A stretch of DNA of 54,526 nt from Callorhinchus milii. Its lineage: Eukaryota. This document shows, piece after piece, positions 25,501-40,500 of the stretch (positions are counted from its first letter, which is position 1; every line of letters begins with the position of its first letter). The position numbers were made by a program, and so were the translations under genes. Location: positions 1 through 54,526 of the forward strand of contig NW_024705319.1 in the NCBI RefSeq assembly GCF_018977255.1. The letters are read 5' to 3'. The notes under the pieces are model-generated. The model searched no databases. It had not been told where the DNA came from and saw nothing but the letters and a program-made list of their open reading frames with translations.

Positions 25501-28500
25501 TCTGGCTAACTGACCACAAGATTGTGGATGGGTAAAGTCCCAGCACAGAAGCGTGTTACCGACGGGCAGGGTCCTCGTGTGACGTGTGGACTCTGAATGC
25601 CGGCTCCGTTCTATCGACCGATTTGATTACAGACACTCGACTGGGCCACGGGTAACAACTACGGGTTCAATCAACGCTAGCGACCAAACTAGAATTCGTT
25701 ATAAGATTTAGATATATAGTACCTACGCGAATCACTGCGGGTCATTTGTGTGCTCAGTAGCCGCAACCTTCTCTCCTGTGTAGACGTTATCCTTGCTCGT
25801 GTAACCGGCATCCCATACATTTTACGGACTATGCAGAAAGGGGCTTCCGACTCAACTTAGCATCTGCCAGCTCAGCACCACAGGATAACATGGGGTACTG
25901 AGCGTACATTTGACTCTAGGTTAACGAAATGATACGACCAGACGAGGGCGTAGTACAAGGACCCAAGAGACCGCAAAAAGCCAACTAGAGGCACATGTCC
26001 TTTGTACGGTGATGTTCCCCACAAACCTCGTGCCTTTAAAGTTTTTTACTGCTATCCAGCAGACTGCCTGCTGATGCAATCCTTGAAATCCACATCAAGT
26101 GGGATTACAGCTTACTGGGCCCGCCCCGCAGACGAAACAATCGGAATGAACGCTCGAGATACGGGTGTCCATAGGAGAAAGAGGGGCCTCGTACGTTCAC
26201 TGCGTGTGCCGGGTGACGGACGGCGGGACTGTCATTCCTATTCGCTATTACAGTGATAAAAGGGACACGTCGTTTTAGCGGGTTCAAACTATCATGGGGC
26301 GCAGAGCGACACTAGCGTGCGACACCGTGTGCTGGGGATTCGACATGCAATCGCTCGAAACATGAGTCGGCACCGCCTCCCAAACTCGAGCCACTGAATA
26401 GCCTATCCAAGATGACCCATTCTTGTTCCTTAGTCTGATGCGGTTAAAGGGCCAAAATTGCATAAACCGCTAATATTTGTTCCACACGTGTAGTCATGTA
26501 GGAGCTAAGTGGCGAGTTTTTTTGCCTACGCTCTATAGGTATGGTAGGTGTATGCGTACTTATTGTCCCCCATTACCCCTTTAAGCTTTGGATCTAATCG
26601 ATCAAGGTAGATGTCATTGGACTTGCAAAGACAGTGGCTAAACTTCTATAATTCAGCCCTCCGGGAACGCGGCCAGTTGCGATATGAGCAGAGGGAAAAT
26701 GAGACTGTCTCCGCCGAACACTACTCGTCTTATTGACTCAAGGGGTGTTAATTGCGGACAAAGAATATCAGGCGGGTAGTGACTGAATCAATAAGATATT
26801 TCCTTATTGGCCCTGGTCGGACATGGCTGTGATTATGAGTTTTCAAAGGCTCTAGGACGCAGGGAGCTGTAGAGACGCACTTTCCGTAAAGAGAACGACC
26901 ATCTCAATGGCACACGCAGGTAAGGCTATGCTCCCTAACATTGTCCTGCGTTCGGGTGAATATATATTCTATCCACGTCTACGTCCTTACCTTTTGATCG
27001 TCGTTGCAAGTGTATACTTTGATGGACATGGGTCGAGGCCCCCCGCTTCGAGGTAGGATTCTTGATAACAATATGGTATCGGCGTTCGAAGGGTAGTTTC
27101 GCTGTAGCTGACCCCTCCGCTACAAGATCAGGTGCGTATCTCGGTTCCGGGCTGCCGGGACTTCACGCATGTGGTGCTCCCCAACGAAGATGACGTACCA
27201 ACGAATACTAGGCCGTCGATTCCCGTCAACACCGTCCTAACCATCCGCTTACGACTTTGACGCTACCGAACAACCTAGGCTGCCGTTTCACCCGGGGGGA
27301 ACCGGTTCCTCCCATTTTAGTAAGGTGAAGCACGCTATAGCTACCTGGGTAGTCGTTCGGGACAAAGAGGACTTTGAATTGCATAGGATCGCTGTTGTTA
27401 AATTATTGGCACATGAGTAAAGTGCTGGGCGACCCATAACTTCGGCTCCCTATGTTCCAGGAAAGGCCCAAAACTGGTGGAAATTCAAAAGTAGCGCTTC
27501 CGGCTAGTAAAAAAATGTTTAACCCACTTTGTCTTCATTGTAAGAGCATCTACAAGTAGGGACATAACGCTGTCCCAACAGCAGATCGTGTTATATCTTG
27601 ATTGGTCAGTGAAAGCCAGCAGCAGACTGGTCTGCCACAGCGGAGAGCACTCATTAAAACGAATCTTGGACATGAGCGCAGTGGTCGGTATGGAATGAAA
27701 GCGTTACGGGTCGTACTAAGCTCAGGGATATAGCGGCTCCGCCCCTGGGCTGAAAGACGAATGTTCAATTATGATGTCTCACCTTAAATCATACGTCGAC
27801 TGGAGCATCAATTCAGGTAGGGTTTATCAAAAGGCCCTCTGTTGACCGTTGCATGGCGCTGTTTATGGGCATCAAAAGAGATCTGTATTATACCGGAATC
27901 GTTTCCAGTATAATAGGAGGTCTTTCTAATGCAAATGCAGCACAAAGAATGCCAGGAGTTCAGTACAGTACGTCCTTCGGACCAGCCCACCGCGACCCAC
28001 TCTAGATGCCGTCATGGTAGCTGGCGGCCGTGGTTCGTGGAATGGCCTTTGTGCAGTTTATGAGTTACAGATTAAACAGTTAACACCCTGTTAGCAGATC
28101 TATCAGTTATCAATACATCGGTATAAATACCTACAATGAAGGGAAGGTAAGTCATTTAGTTTCCCCAGGGTTTGCTCACATCTCTTTTAAACACCTCTCC
28201 ATCCGACCGTTGCCAGTTGGACATGAATCGGGCACTGAGTCCGGCCAGGCAGCACAGCCATTGGAACGGTGATCGCAAGTAACTTTCATAATGCTGTGCG
28301 CGTGCCTAATGCCCCACATAATCCACGGACAGCGCAATATTCGTAGGATCAATAGAACTGACTCCAGGTACGATCCGTTCTCAACGGACTGCTGTTGAAC
28401 GGAAAGTTATGTGAGACCCGCAATCATAGCAGTCAACCTCATTCATAAATTAACAATGCCCATCTCTAATGTTGACTTCTCTCAAGCTTCGAGCAGCTAA

Positions 28501-31500
28501 ACTCAGGTCAGGACGTCCCTGCCGGATAATTGCATCAATCCGGCGAAAAAGGCCTTGACAGTAAGCGTGTCAGTTGTCATTCGAGCGTTGGTGTAGCGTC
28601 CGACCGGCAGACCCGTATAATGCCGATGTATAACTTCGAGCGCTGGTTACGTTTTAGATAGGTTCACTTGCTCCCGCATATCTAAGGGGGTGTCCGCCCC
28701 CCTGCCTCTCTGTAACCGTAATATCCCATCCTCCAAATAGAGACTTTGCCACACGGATGTCGATTATGTGGATTTAGTTCATCTGCTTTGACAGCCACGG
28801 CACCCCAAGTGAACTGTACTAGGTCTCGTGGAGATTAGTCGCTGACCGACTCGCATTGCGTTAATGTAGACACGACGGCACCAAGGTGGACGATTCGCGG
28901 TGGAATACCTTCTGAGATCCTCGGGGACGTCTACGCCGTAGGGCTGAGAGAGGTGCCTGCCATACTGATGTGGAATAGCTCAAGAAGTCGGTTTGTTGTA
29001 GAAGACATGAGGGTCCCTCTCGACAGATGTGCTAGCAAGTGCTCCGTTGGACACAACTTGAGAATTGACATGGTTGATTTACGTTTTCGCGGATAATATG
29101 GTTCAACTCTCCCAGTGTTTTATTCGTGGCGCCTACGCCACGCGTAGTCGTTACCAAAATTTGTAATTCATCGTCCTAATCGAAGGGTCGAAGCAATTCG
29201 TTCATGTAGGCATGACGTTATCGTCTAGCTAGGACGGGGTTAGGCTTGGCTTCTCCCGACGCAGATGTGCGACTTCAAGGCCTTATTACTCAGTACTCGG
29301 GGGATCTTTTAAAATATGTATACACTGGCGTAGGTGGTATACTAAATGCCTATCCCCGGAGGGGTGAATTTTAACTTTCCGAGACACGTTATCATGCTGC
29401 TCATTGGAGCTATCTCGGTATGCAGGTGACACCCTAGCCGAAATAGTCGCAAAAAGAACAAGATATCTCTATAGCGGCGTCGGCTGATCTTCTGTTCAGA
29501 GAACGTAACTCCGGTTTAGCTAGATAGCTAAAACAAAGAAGCAGGAATAAGGCCGGCGAGATACCCCTTACCCGAGTAGCCGGTGACGGCCTGTTGACAC
29601 TCAGATTTTTAAACAGGCTTGAGGGCGAGTCACCACTCAGATAGTGAACAGGTAAGGAACACCCATAAGTTTCGTACACACAAAGTCTAATGCTTAACGC
29701 TCTCCGAAGTAATAACCCACCTTGCGAAGTACTGCAACTAACATACATCTGTCGCTGTCGTTGGAGAAATACCCTCGAAACCGGCCGCGGGTCCACAGTA
29801 CGGCAAGTGTTGAACTTCGTCTGTTCGGGCCCTTTGAATTTGACAGGAGCCTCAATCACTGTAAGAACCTTTTGGAGTAAGAGAAACTTGAACCCACGAT
29901 GCAACGGCACTATCGCTGTTACGTGCTTAGCTGTGGTACGCTATAACAACAAAGCATAGCGTTCAATCGTGTAGAATTGAGGAGGGAGCCGAACCGCGGG
30001 ATGAGGACTAAACAGCGCGAGCGTTATCATTATGTTAAGACTGATCTGTCGGAAAGAGTCTGTTCGAACGCTTCCTAAGCGTCTCCTATCTGCCGATTCT
30101 GCCGATCGCGAGTGAATAAGTGTAAGATTACCCCACTTTATCAAGGTCAAGACAGCTATCGTATCTCAACTCATTACAGCCTGTGTCTAAAGCGATAGGC
30201 AAGCTTTCCCCGTGCGAGATTTTATACGTCATTTCGCTTTTGGGGATCACTTTTAGAGCTGCCTCCATAGCGGCATGTAAATCATCAGAAACGGAACGAA
30301 GAAAAAAAACCTGAGATGCAGTGCCTGCTCAATAACCGTGTGCTGTTGCCGACTATTCCTTCATGAATTAGTAGTACAGCTAAGATAATATATGTGCACA
30401 GATTTGGATGTGGACTTAGGACTAGCCACCATTAGTCTGGTGAATACAAGACATCGAAATAGTAGTTATACGAAGGGGACTACCAGTGGCAGCGATTGAG
30501 ATGTTATCTCGTTGGCAAATGTACCGGGCCTTACTCTCGGGTGGCATCCATTGGCTAGGGCCATGATATTTAGCCTAAGCCACAGATTAGCATAATAACC
30601 CCGCTCCTTTTGCACTCCGAGAATACTAAAATACTAGCGAACGTGCCAGCCACAACTCCGGAGTTCTGCTTAGTTGAAGGATGTTGTGGTACTTACGAGG
30701 GTAAATAGCCGACGCGCATGTACATGTCGCGTCTCCGTCGAGTGAATTCCCCCGATGTTCATATTCGTAAAGATCGAATCGTTAATGGAGCTCGTAGATG
30801 ATCGATAGTTCGTTGATAATACCTGAAATAGAGCTACGTTCTATTACACATCAGCATCCGAGCAAATCCACCCCCAACTCTTGAATAGATCGCGTGCACG
30901 ATTCATTATAAATAAAAAATATTGGCGCGACGCGCAGTGAAATAACGGCCTGGATCGATAGGATCAAGACGGCGGATTTCGCCACGCGCATGATAAGGTC
31001 GGCGCAAAAAGAAGCCTTAATAAGGTGGTGGGTCTGGACTCTGCCCGGTGACGTTTAATAACGTTAAAGCCTCTACATGTATGCATTTCTTATAAAATAA
31101 ATCATGATCAGTTTGCTCCATCGCGTGTACCGAATGGTAACACGATATGCGATAGATGAAAACTTATAATTATTGAGTGCAGGCTATTGTCTACGTCTAT
31201 GCTAGGCTCTTTCGAACGTGGGGACGCGTCGCCTTCCTTGCTGAGGTCCTAGGGCTGGCGCGGGTTAGCGCTGTATATAGTCACATGAACTAGGATTTCT
31301 TAGGTTTCGAAATCCCATATAGAGATGCCACCAACACTGTTTACTAGTAGTATGAACGCGCACCAAAGGCTCCGCAAGAAATGTTGTAGTAGTACTCCGC
31401 GAAAAGCAGCTTGGACTACATGGTTATGTCTTCGGACAGAAGCTTCCGAAGACCGCACGCTCGCTGGGGCATAATTAATTCTGGGTACGAGGTGTGGGCG

Positions 31501-34500
31501 CTCCCTCGAGGAAATCTGCGGTAAGACGCTCGCGGGGTAGGCTCAATTTGTACTACAATCGTACCTGATTTTGAGATGCTTAAGTTATGGGATCCTATGA
31601 CCTCGCACCAGCGGCACCTTAATGGTCTCACGCCAGTCACGTAAACGGAATGCGAGGTAGCCCACCGTATCACGTGCAAAAAATACATCAGCAATACCGA
31701 AGTCGAGTGTGCTATGAGACACGGAGTCCATAGACGCGACTACGCGTTGTACACTGATACCAATCGCCACCAATATCGCGTAACAGAACTCCACTATTCG
31801 TCAAGACGCGAGTATTGGCTCGGTTCCAAGTGATCACGCGTAATACGCGAGTAGGTGAGTGGTCTCGTTCGGACACCCTAGACGAACATTGTACTTATCG
31901 GATTAATCATCGGGGCTTGCAACAGTTAGTGCATTCGCAGACTATTCCAAACATATAGTAAGGAAGACGGAATACATATCAACAGTGAGACCTACAGTAT
32001 TGTACAATTAGATAAAGGCGGATAAAACAGTTCTACATACACTCTATTACTGTAAAGTGGGGCCCCCGAATGGCAAATCTGATAAACAATCAATGGCGCT
32101 ATGTCAAGTCCTTAGTGGCAAGGTACTCAGGGGCGCGCGTTAACTGTGAGTGTATGCGATAATGCTGCTACCCCCAGGTTTCGGCCCGCTGGCGACCGCA
32201 CCGGCATTCGGTAGTTTCTTCCAGATTTTCCTATTACTGAACCCCCGCACGTCAAATGGCTGTATGTTGCGCATTTATTCCCCGCGGATGTGTGTATCTA
32301 GCTATTCAGCGATTGGTCCACAATGTCACCGTATCACTACAAAGTACCCAGAAGTCCCTTCCCCGTCATCGTTTCGGTCCGAGCGACATTCACGTAAACA
32401 TTCGAACATACGCATCCTGAATTCTCACAGGTGTCGCAGAGCTTGGTTCCTTTGTTAAAGCCCGGGCGATAGCATCCCTTGTACTCCATTAAGCAGCATA
32501 ATCGAACGGCATAGCCGTCAACGAATCTGAGTGTATAACCATCAATCCTTAGAGGTCGCGTACAATCGCCTTACTTGGATGTAGGGCTCATTTTGTGCAT
32601 TACGCAGGCTGTCCGCGACCAACATCGAAATACTACTTGTGGGTGCGACTCGCTCCTGAACTTAACAAAGGGTGTTATCTAGTAAAGTAACTTTGGCACT
32701 ATCGTTGATAAGGTAAGCTAAATGTTTACTCCCTCAGCGGCATAGACATTTGGCTACAAACGAGCTGATTGGGAATCGCATGCTCTTAGAACAATTACGT
32801 GGTCTAATGGAAGTAGATCGACCATACGCTACGCCCAAGTAAACCCGGTTGCTAGTGAAACAGCTCCCCAAGGAACCGCGGCTTTTCCAGGAATTAGAAG
32901 ACCTTAGGATCTCCCGGCGAGCGTCCACCATTTATTCCTAACACATTGCCCATACTGGGCATAAATACGGCTCCTTATGTGTTTGGACTGCGCAAGAAGT
33001 AGGAGAAAGCCTCACATCATTTGGCATGTGACTTAACAGCGGTGGGCATAAGAGAGGTTAATTAAGCTCTGGAATGCTAACGGCCCTAGGCTGTACTAAT
33101 AGCCAAGCGTGAGCTCAGGGTGGAGGGCGGACGTTTGCACCTAACACCACGATTCATTGTTAGGAGTCAAATTTTTCTTATTCGGACAAGACCATACGTT
33201 GCATAAGTTCACGGTCATCTACGGAGTGGTCTCCAATGGGCGTCGGTTTGGCACAAAAGGCAATGAACAGGTGCATGGCGCTCTAAAGTACATGCGCATA
33301 TGTCGACGATACATAGACCTCTTCTTATACCTCGTAGGATTTGTGCTGGGAATCGTGGCCTACTCTCATTGGTCCAACCGTAAGGGTTGTGTTCTTGCAA
33401 AATTCTACAATCCCCAACATATCGCCTGCACCGGGCGACTTAGTCGTGTTCCTTCCCCTGTCTAGCGCTACCTGCGCTGCATCGTACGTATTCCGAAACC
33501 GGTTTTGAGGATTTAGGCTCCGTTATGTAATGCGGAAGCACTAGTCCGTAAATTTCGTATATACCATAAGGACATGACGTATATGTCAAAATTACCCACA
33601 GAGCTCGCAGGTTTCGCGTAAAGCAGTCCCATTAATGGTGTCGAAGAAGTCCTTAGGATCAAGTGATGAGTGTCAGCTACGGAAATACCAATAGCTTAAT
33701 TGCGCTATCATGCGGCATCGGGTTGTTACAACCTAGCTGCGCAAAACTATCTACTAAGTGCTTGTCGAAATTCCCGATTTGAGTTGCCGACTACCATAGG
33801 CCATTGTGATACAAGCATATTTTCATACACTACCTGCCTAGTCTTGTCGAGCCCCATCTGTAACTACCCTATTTAGTCGTGAATGAAACCCAGTGTTGCG
33901 GAAGGGAATTGCACGTAGTTCTTCTGTCAGTGTATTACGCCAGCCCGTGAGTATAAGTAACGCACTTGTTATAACGAACAACCCCGCTTTGCAAAGTCAA
34001 GTTAATCGGGTGGCGTCTGCAATCACTTCTTAGCAAAGCTTGAACAGATGCGCACTACTTATTTTTTGCGCTGATGGGAGCACCCACGGCAATTACCGTG
34101 CGGTCCGCGAATTGTCCCATGACAATTAAAGTGCACGCGTCACCTCCGACTAGGGAAATAGGTTGCTCGACACGGATTCATATACTGTATTATACCGCGT
34201 ACCCGCACTGCGAGGTGGAATGGTTACGGGGTGGATGGAAACGTTTGGGGCCACTCGTTCGCCCCAAAGGACTGCTGATACTTGCGCCGTTCTGCTCCTA
34301 GAGAGGTTATTGAAAAATGTGTTCCCCTCAGAGGTGAGCAGTGCTGCATACGTCGACTCTGGGGGCGAATCCTTCTATGCCATCGCTTACTTAAATACTT
34401 CTTAGGACAATGGAGTGGACGTATCAACCCGGGTCGCAATGTGACAGGCTTAAGGGCATCGCTCAGTAAAGTGGTCGTCCCGGGGTCACCGTAATCCCCG

Positions 34501-37500
34501 TCACTGGTTGTTAGAGAGCCCCAAGATGGTCTGAATTCAGTACGATATGAAGAACTACGTAGGGGAAAAGATATTGCGGGATTATGCTACGACAGAGTGC
34601 ACGCGTAACGTCTCTCTCGTTCTCCCGTCTTCTGTATCTGCTGCCACCCCCCCATCATCAGAGTCAGCTGACGCCAATTTGGGGATCCGCCATGGCATGC
34701 GAACCGTTACCCCTGTGGGCGGTGGCGTCACACAATCCGAGGCGAGTTCAGAACAGGGCAATAGCGTGTTTTGTAGGACTACAATTACCCTCAAAAGGGA
34801 GGCGATGCGGAACTCATGATGGCTCAACCACCGTAGAAACCAAGACTGAAATCTAGTGGACACGGGCACTTCTTTACCCTCCTCACCGGAAGTTTCATCA
34901 CCATAATTTTCTCCGGTGAGAAGTGTCCCGTCGGCATCGACTGATAATTGTCCTCGCCTCGCTCGTGCTAATTTACTATCGCAGTAGAGTCACTCCTGGG
35001 AGCACTATTGAATTGTGTAACAGCTAGACATTCCAGCAAGGTGGAGTCTGACTATGACTAGGTATGCTTACGGCAAGCGGACTTCCCAGAAGAATTTAGA
35101 GTTCGGTGAATGCTCCCGCAACTCCTGGCCAAGACAGTCCGATCGAGTCGTAGATGTGAAATCCTAGAAAGAAGCATCCGGGGTATCGGAGTGAGAATTA
35201 CACATTCAAGATCCGTTCTGGATATCAGCTATCCTTCATCGGACTGCTCCCTCTATTCCCGCGTGAAAATTATTATACGCGAGCTAGCCAAATGTGCTTT
35301 CCTGGCTGAGCCTCATCCATTGTCCGGACTGAAGGTTACTACTGGATTTGTTCGAGTAAAATCTGGCGACACAAAGAATAATACTATAGGAAACACCCCG
35401 ATAGAGCCCCAGCAAATCAATCATTAAGTAGGCCGCATCATGTCTATGCTTGTCTGTTATATGAGTGGAAATAGATCGCTGATTGGTCAATAGCTACTAA
35501 GGCCAGCGGACTCTGGGACCATGATCCCCAGAGGCGTGACCCGGCGTTATGGTATGCTGGATGAAATCACCAGGGTTGTACTTTTGGTATTTTAAGAGAC
35601 CACCTCTACCTTCTATAACTCTAGCCCCCGTGGAAGTACATCAGAGAAATAAATCAGATCGAAAACCTTTGTACCTTTCTGTTATCCTGGTACATCATTG
35701 CACGAACCTGCAACAGAGATTCCGCATACCCGAGCTACATTGGAGTTGCCCGTCACTCGGCCCCCAGCTCAGTGATAGCAATTTACAAGTCACGAAGTCT
35801 TTGTTTCTGGGGATAACAAATCTTTCTGCAACTGGTATGCTGCAGCATCCCCGCAGGGACGCAGGGTCTACCATAGGTGAAGACGTACGACTGAGCGGAT
35901 AGCCAAGCTGGCATTATCAAGCTCTCACTTTTTTAACTGTTGAACGGCCAACCCGATCGGTCGACATAGTCTTCGTATGTGCGGTACTATGCAGACTGGG
36001 GTGTATTTAGTACAAACGATGTCTTTATGTAAAAGAAGGAACATACCAACCCTCATGCTCGAAGCGCCCTGACTACGATAGTACCAGGAATGACAATGCG
36101 TCACGCCTGGGTTGGTTCCGCCTAACCGCTTAATTCAGTTAACCGGTATGCCGTAACCTTAAATCATTCACCCCGTGATGTTTCGATACGAATTGTTCAG
36201 TGTCGTGGACTCCTCAACCGCATGTCCGTAGGACTAGACGCGCTTTGGTCCTATTTGAAGCCGTTGCGCGGCCTCTTGAACATGTGGTTATGCTCTGTAG
36301 AGAGGAAGATGGGAACTAATTGTACAAGGATCGAATTTGGGTCAAACGTGCTCGGGATGCACATCTACCCTACAGATTGGCTGCTTGACCAGTTGAGGTC
36401 AATGCCCAGTTATGGGCAAGGCCCTCGAACACTGTATTTATTCTCGCTAGTTTAGTTACGGTACGCTTTACTGGAACTAGAAGGTCTCAGTAGTGAGGAA
36501 GGCACTGCTACTCACATTATAGTCAGGAATACGGCAATATTTGTTTTACCGACGGAGAAACGTGAGTTCCTGTAAGGTTACGTCTTGAACCTGCATCAGG
36601 TCCTGATACATACTACTGAAAACCGGACCGTCTAGGACAAATCCCGCCCAAGATGCCTGCCCCCTGTAGCGCATGTCATTACTGTCTGGATGCTCCGGGT
36701 CGGGTAATCACTCGTTTGTTCTGCGAGCACGATTACTCACTGGGAGGTGAATCCACCGCGCATTAATTTCAGCATTATCCGGATGATCGGTTGACACGGA
36801 TTTAGTAACGTTTGTGACCGCGATCTCTGCGCTTAATGGCCATGTGTCATATAGCACTATTAGCTGATCAGTGCAAAAAATGGTCATAAACGCCCGAGGG
36901 TACCTACAAATCATCCGCAATCGAGCTATTTGGAGTCCGTCGTATAGAAGCATAATCACGAAACCTTTTATAAACTTTACACACGTTCTCGTTTGATTTT
37001 GCACGCGCACGTACCATGTCAAGAGCCCACACCGCCAATATCTTATACTCAGCGCGATTACTATTAAAAGTCTAAAGGCTCTTTGATCCGCCTCACTAGA
37101 AAAAAGAATTTAAGTTCAAATCCTCCTTCTCTACTGCCGGGGACATCCAGTATTAAGTTACATGGGCGCGCGCGCATTATAGCGCTTTATGCTCATAGTT
37201 TATTCCACTATTATGTGTTCCTAAAGAATTGCTCATGGATTCATGTTCTTAGATGCCGGAGGAGCCACACACACGCAAGAAAATGTGGACGGTGGTCATG
37301 TTAAGGTAAGACCACGCGCCTCAACCGTTACATCTATCTTGCGGCCTACTTAGTAAAACTTTAATGTTGTACGAACTGAAGAACGGAAGCGCACAAATCG
37401 CACGCGCTTTTGGAGTCCATCCTGCTTGCCACGATCACTGGGCGCAAGTAGATAAACGGCCCACCGATGTTTGGCCGATCTATACGTGCAGTCACAAATC

Positions 37501-40500
37501 CAATCGCGGGCGGGCAGTTTGAGCTGGTTCATAAATATTGGTATAGTCTAGCCGTGAGCCTCGCGCATTGCTGCCCGTACAAAATCGCAATCGGCCACCT
37601 TCGAAGGACTGTAATGTCAAGCAGATAGATCCGACGCTCCGTAGGTCATGCACCGTGAGTGCTTGAGTCAAAGCGTCCCGGACTATCCACTCTGGTTATA
37701 ACGACCAATTTGATTGCACTTAAGTCGAGCACCGCTGAGCAAACGAACCGTGTATTAAAATGACACGTCAACGCGAAATTAATGCACCGAACTTACGGAC
37801 TAACCGTACAGTAAATCAACGGTACTAAGGTACGTGGAAAGAAAGTATCTTCCCTCAGCGATGTATGCGGAGGTGAAGCGCGAGGGGAATACTTGCCACT
37901 AACAAACAAAATATTGAAAACCAGCCCGTATTATAGACTTACACGTGTGGGGGGCACGTAAGTAAGCGGTCATCTTGGGAGAAATCTATCGGGGTTTTTG
38001 TTACGCCATTACTTAGGATATATGGGATGCCGTCCTTTGTACTCGGACCGGCGATAGCGAATAAATACACTAAAAACCATTGTTGCTTGTACCAATCATG
38101 AAGTAGTTTATAGTTGCCTCACGGTAAAGCAGAACACACTAGATCTGCCGAACTCACAGATTCCTCAAAGCGTATCACACTAAGTCCGGTTCGCTGCGGG
38201 ATAACGCTAATGCTGGTTCTCTAAACGATCGCAATTCTGGATAGATACTGGTAATCGATCTACGACCGTCATGCCAACCAATCAAGACATTCACCAGCTG
38301 AAGATCGTGCATTTAGGCTGTAGCTTAATCTAACCGTAACATGCATTAACGAAATTCATGTGGAGGTTTAAGGTCGCCTTGCCCTCTCAATTAGTTAACG
38401 GTGACGTCTTCGAAACAGGGACCGGGTTCATCAACCGCCTATTCAATTGCTGTCTTGCAGGATTAGTAAGAGTACACTTAGGGACTGGCGACCTGACTAT
38501 ATTTAGTCTCGGTTCCCTAGAATTTGTCTAAATCTGGTGGCCATTCCGTTTCATGTGCTTGCACTTGAATTACACCGATTTCGGATGAATCGTTAGTCCA
38601 AACCAATTCGACGACTGAAGATGCTCAGTCACAGGTTATCTAGGGCAGCGGCTTCACTAGGCGGTAGTCACGGCCTCACGGTGTTCACCAGGCATAAGTC
38701 CGGGTATCCAATCGGGGGTGGTGAAGTAAAGCTAGGCCCACTACTTCTTCAACAGTGCAATCACTGTGATACATTAGAGATAATGAGGTCGCCATTACGT
38801 AACGCTAACATACGCCTGATGCGACTAGAACTGTTGCAGTGATGGTAAGTCACATCTCGGTGCCATATTTAAATAAATAGCGTAATATTTCTTGAGAAGG
38901 CTGGCAATAGTTCTAGAGTTCCTACCCTGCGGTGCGAGCCACGCTCTCGTGCGTCTTCGGCTGAAGTCTCCAAGCATGCTTAGTACTAAGTCGCGAGGCT
39001 ACAGACCTGGGCATAGCCATTTTCTTTCCCCCACCGTGCTCGGTTACTCTCAGCTGGGAAGCATGAGCAGTACATCAGACGGTTTCGTAGGAACAACCCT
39101 AGAGACCTTTCGCAGAGTAGCAAATGCCCCTATATGTTTACACCTTGGACTGAGGTAGCGCGTGGAGTGGCTATGGTAACAATGCTTTGAAGAGATTAAG
39201 GGCCAGGTACTTCAGGATCATTAGTCATTGCAGCCCGCCGTCTGTGTAAACTACCAGAAGAGGAAAAGTTGATCATGAGGCAGCATGTAAGGGGGAGACG
39301 CGACGTCAAATATGGGAAGACGAGGACCCGAATTTTGTTGTTCCATCCGGTGTGTGACCATGCGAAGAACTTCATCTAAGTTCTAGGAATGTCGCAATAA
39401 ACACATCCAGGACTATTATTTCGGCTGTATGCACTGAATTGGTATTCCACGGATAATACTCCCCCCACCAAAGGGCTCTCGGATACATCACACAATTTAA
39501 CTCCGAGTGTTAGCATGGGTGCGGGCTCAAGGTAAGTCGAGTCTCGTGAGAAGTCCTGAACTTTGTCCGTCGTAGAAGACTGTGGCACGCGGCAGGTGTG
39601 CCAGCCTAACGCGTCGCCAAGGCGATCCTGTGGCTTATATGAAAGCGCGTCCCGTGGAACGGTAGTATACGCATATTAGTTTGGGCCTCACGGCTCTGTT
39701 TGCTTCCAACTGTTGTGTATTCAAGTTAGCTGTATAACGCGGCTTCCAAACAGTAATGACAGTTAATGGACCTACCTACTATTTGTTCATTGCGCTTGCT
39801 AGTGAGTTCCAAAATACTACAAATCGTCTCCTCGCGGTATGAATCATCCCGGTTGTAGTTGTTGTGTTGGGCGACTGCCGTTGGATAGCGCCAGGCGAAC
39901 GGGGAGGTTGAGAGTACCCCGGGAGGCCCGCGTAATGGCCGCTTGGGAGTCGATAATCACCTCCAAAGCTGAGAGGTGCGTATGCACGTACCAATGCCAT
40001 CATCTAATAACGATTCACTCGCCCGACGGCCTTACTCCGTTGAGGTGGTATGGCCCGAATTCCCTTCCTGCGTACTCGCAGCTTTGCGATGAGTTCGAGG
40101 TTCAGCTGGACGAGGCTGGGAGAGGCGGTTCAGGGGACGAGGTCGAGCGGCTGGTGAATTGTGATAGGGAAAAGACGCGGGAATGGCGTACAGGCACAGG
40201 TCTATGTGAATCCGTAGTCTGCTTACACGTTGATCGGATTTCTACGGCTCCGTCTTCGTAGAACAAATGCCTCGAACGTTTAATCAATAGCAACTAAGAT
40301 ACGATTACCGGTCATAGGCAACAGGGACCACAGAGCCGTGAAAAAAGCTGGCACACTGAATTGCCCCGAAGCTCGCGTACGGTCACTGTTTCAGAGAGAG
40401 CTTTCAAATGTCACGCGCTACATCAGTCTGGGCGCCGCAACCGTAATATCAGGTGATTTGAGAGAGCATTGGTTGGACTAGCCCCGCCCGTTAAGTTTGC

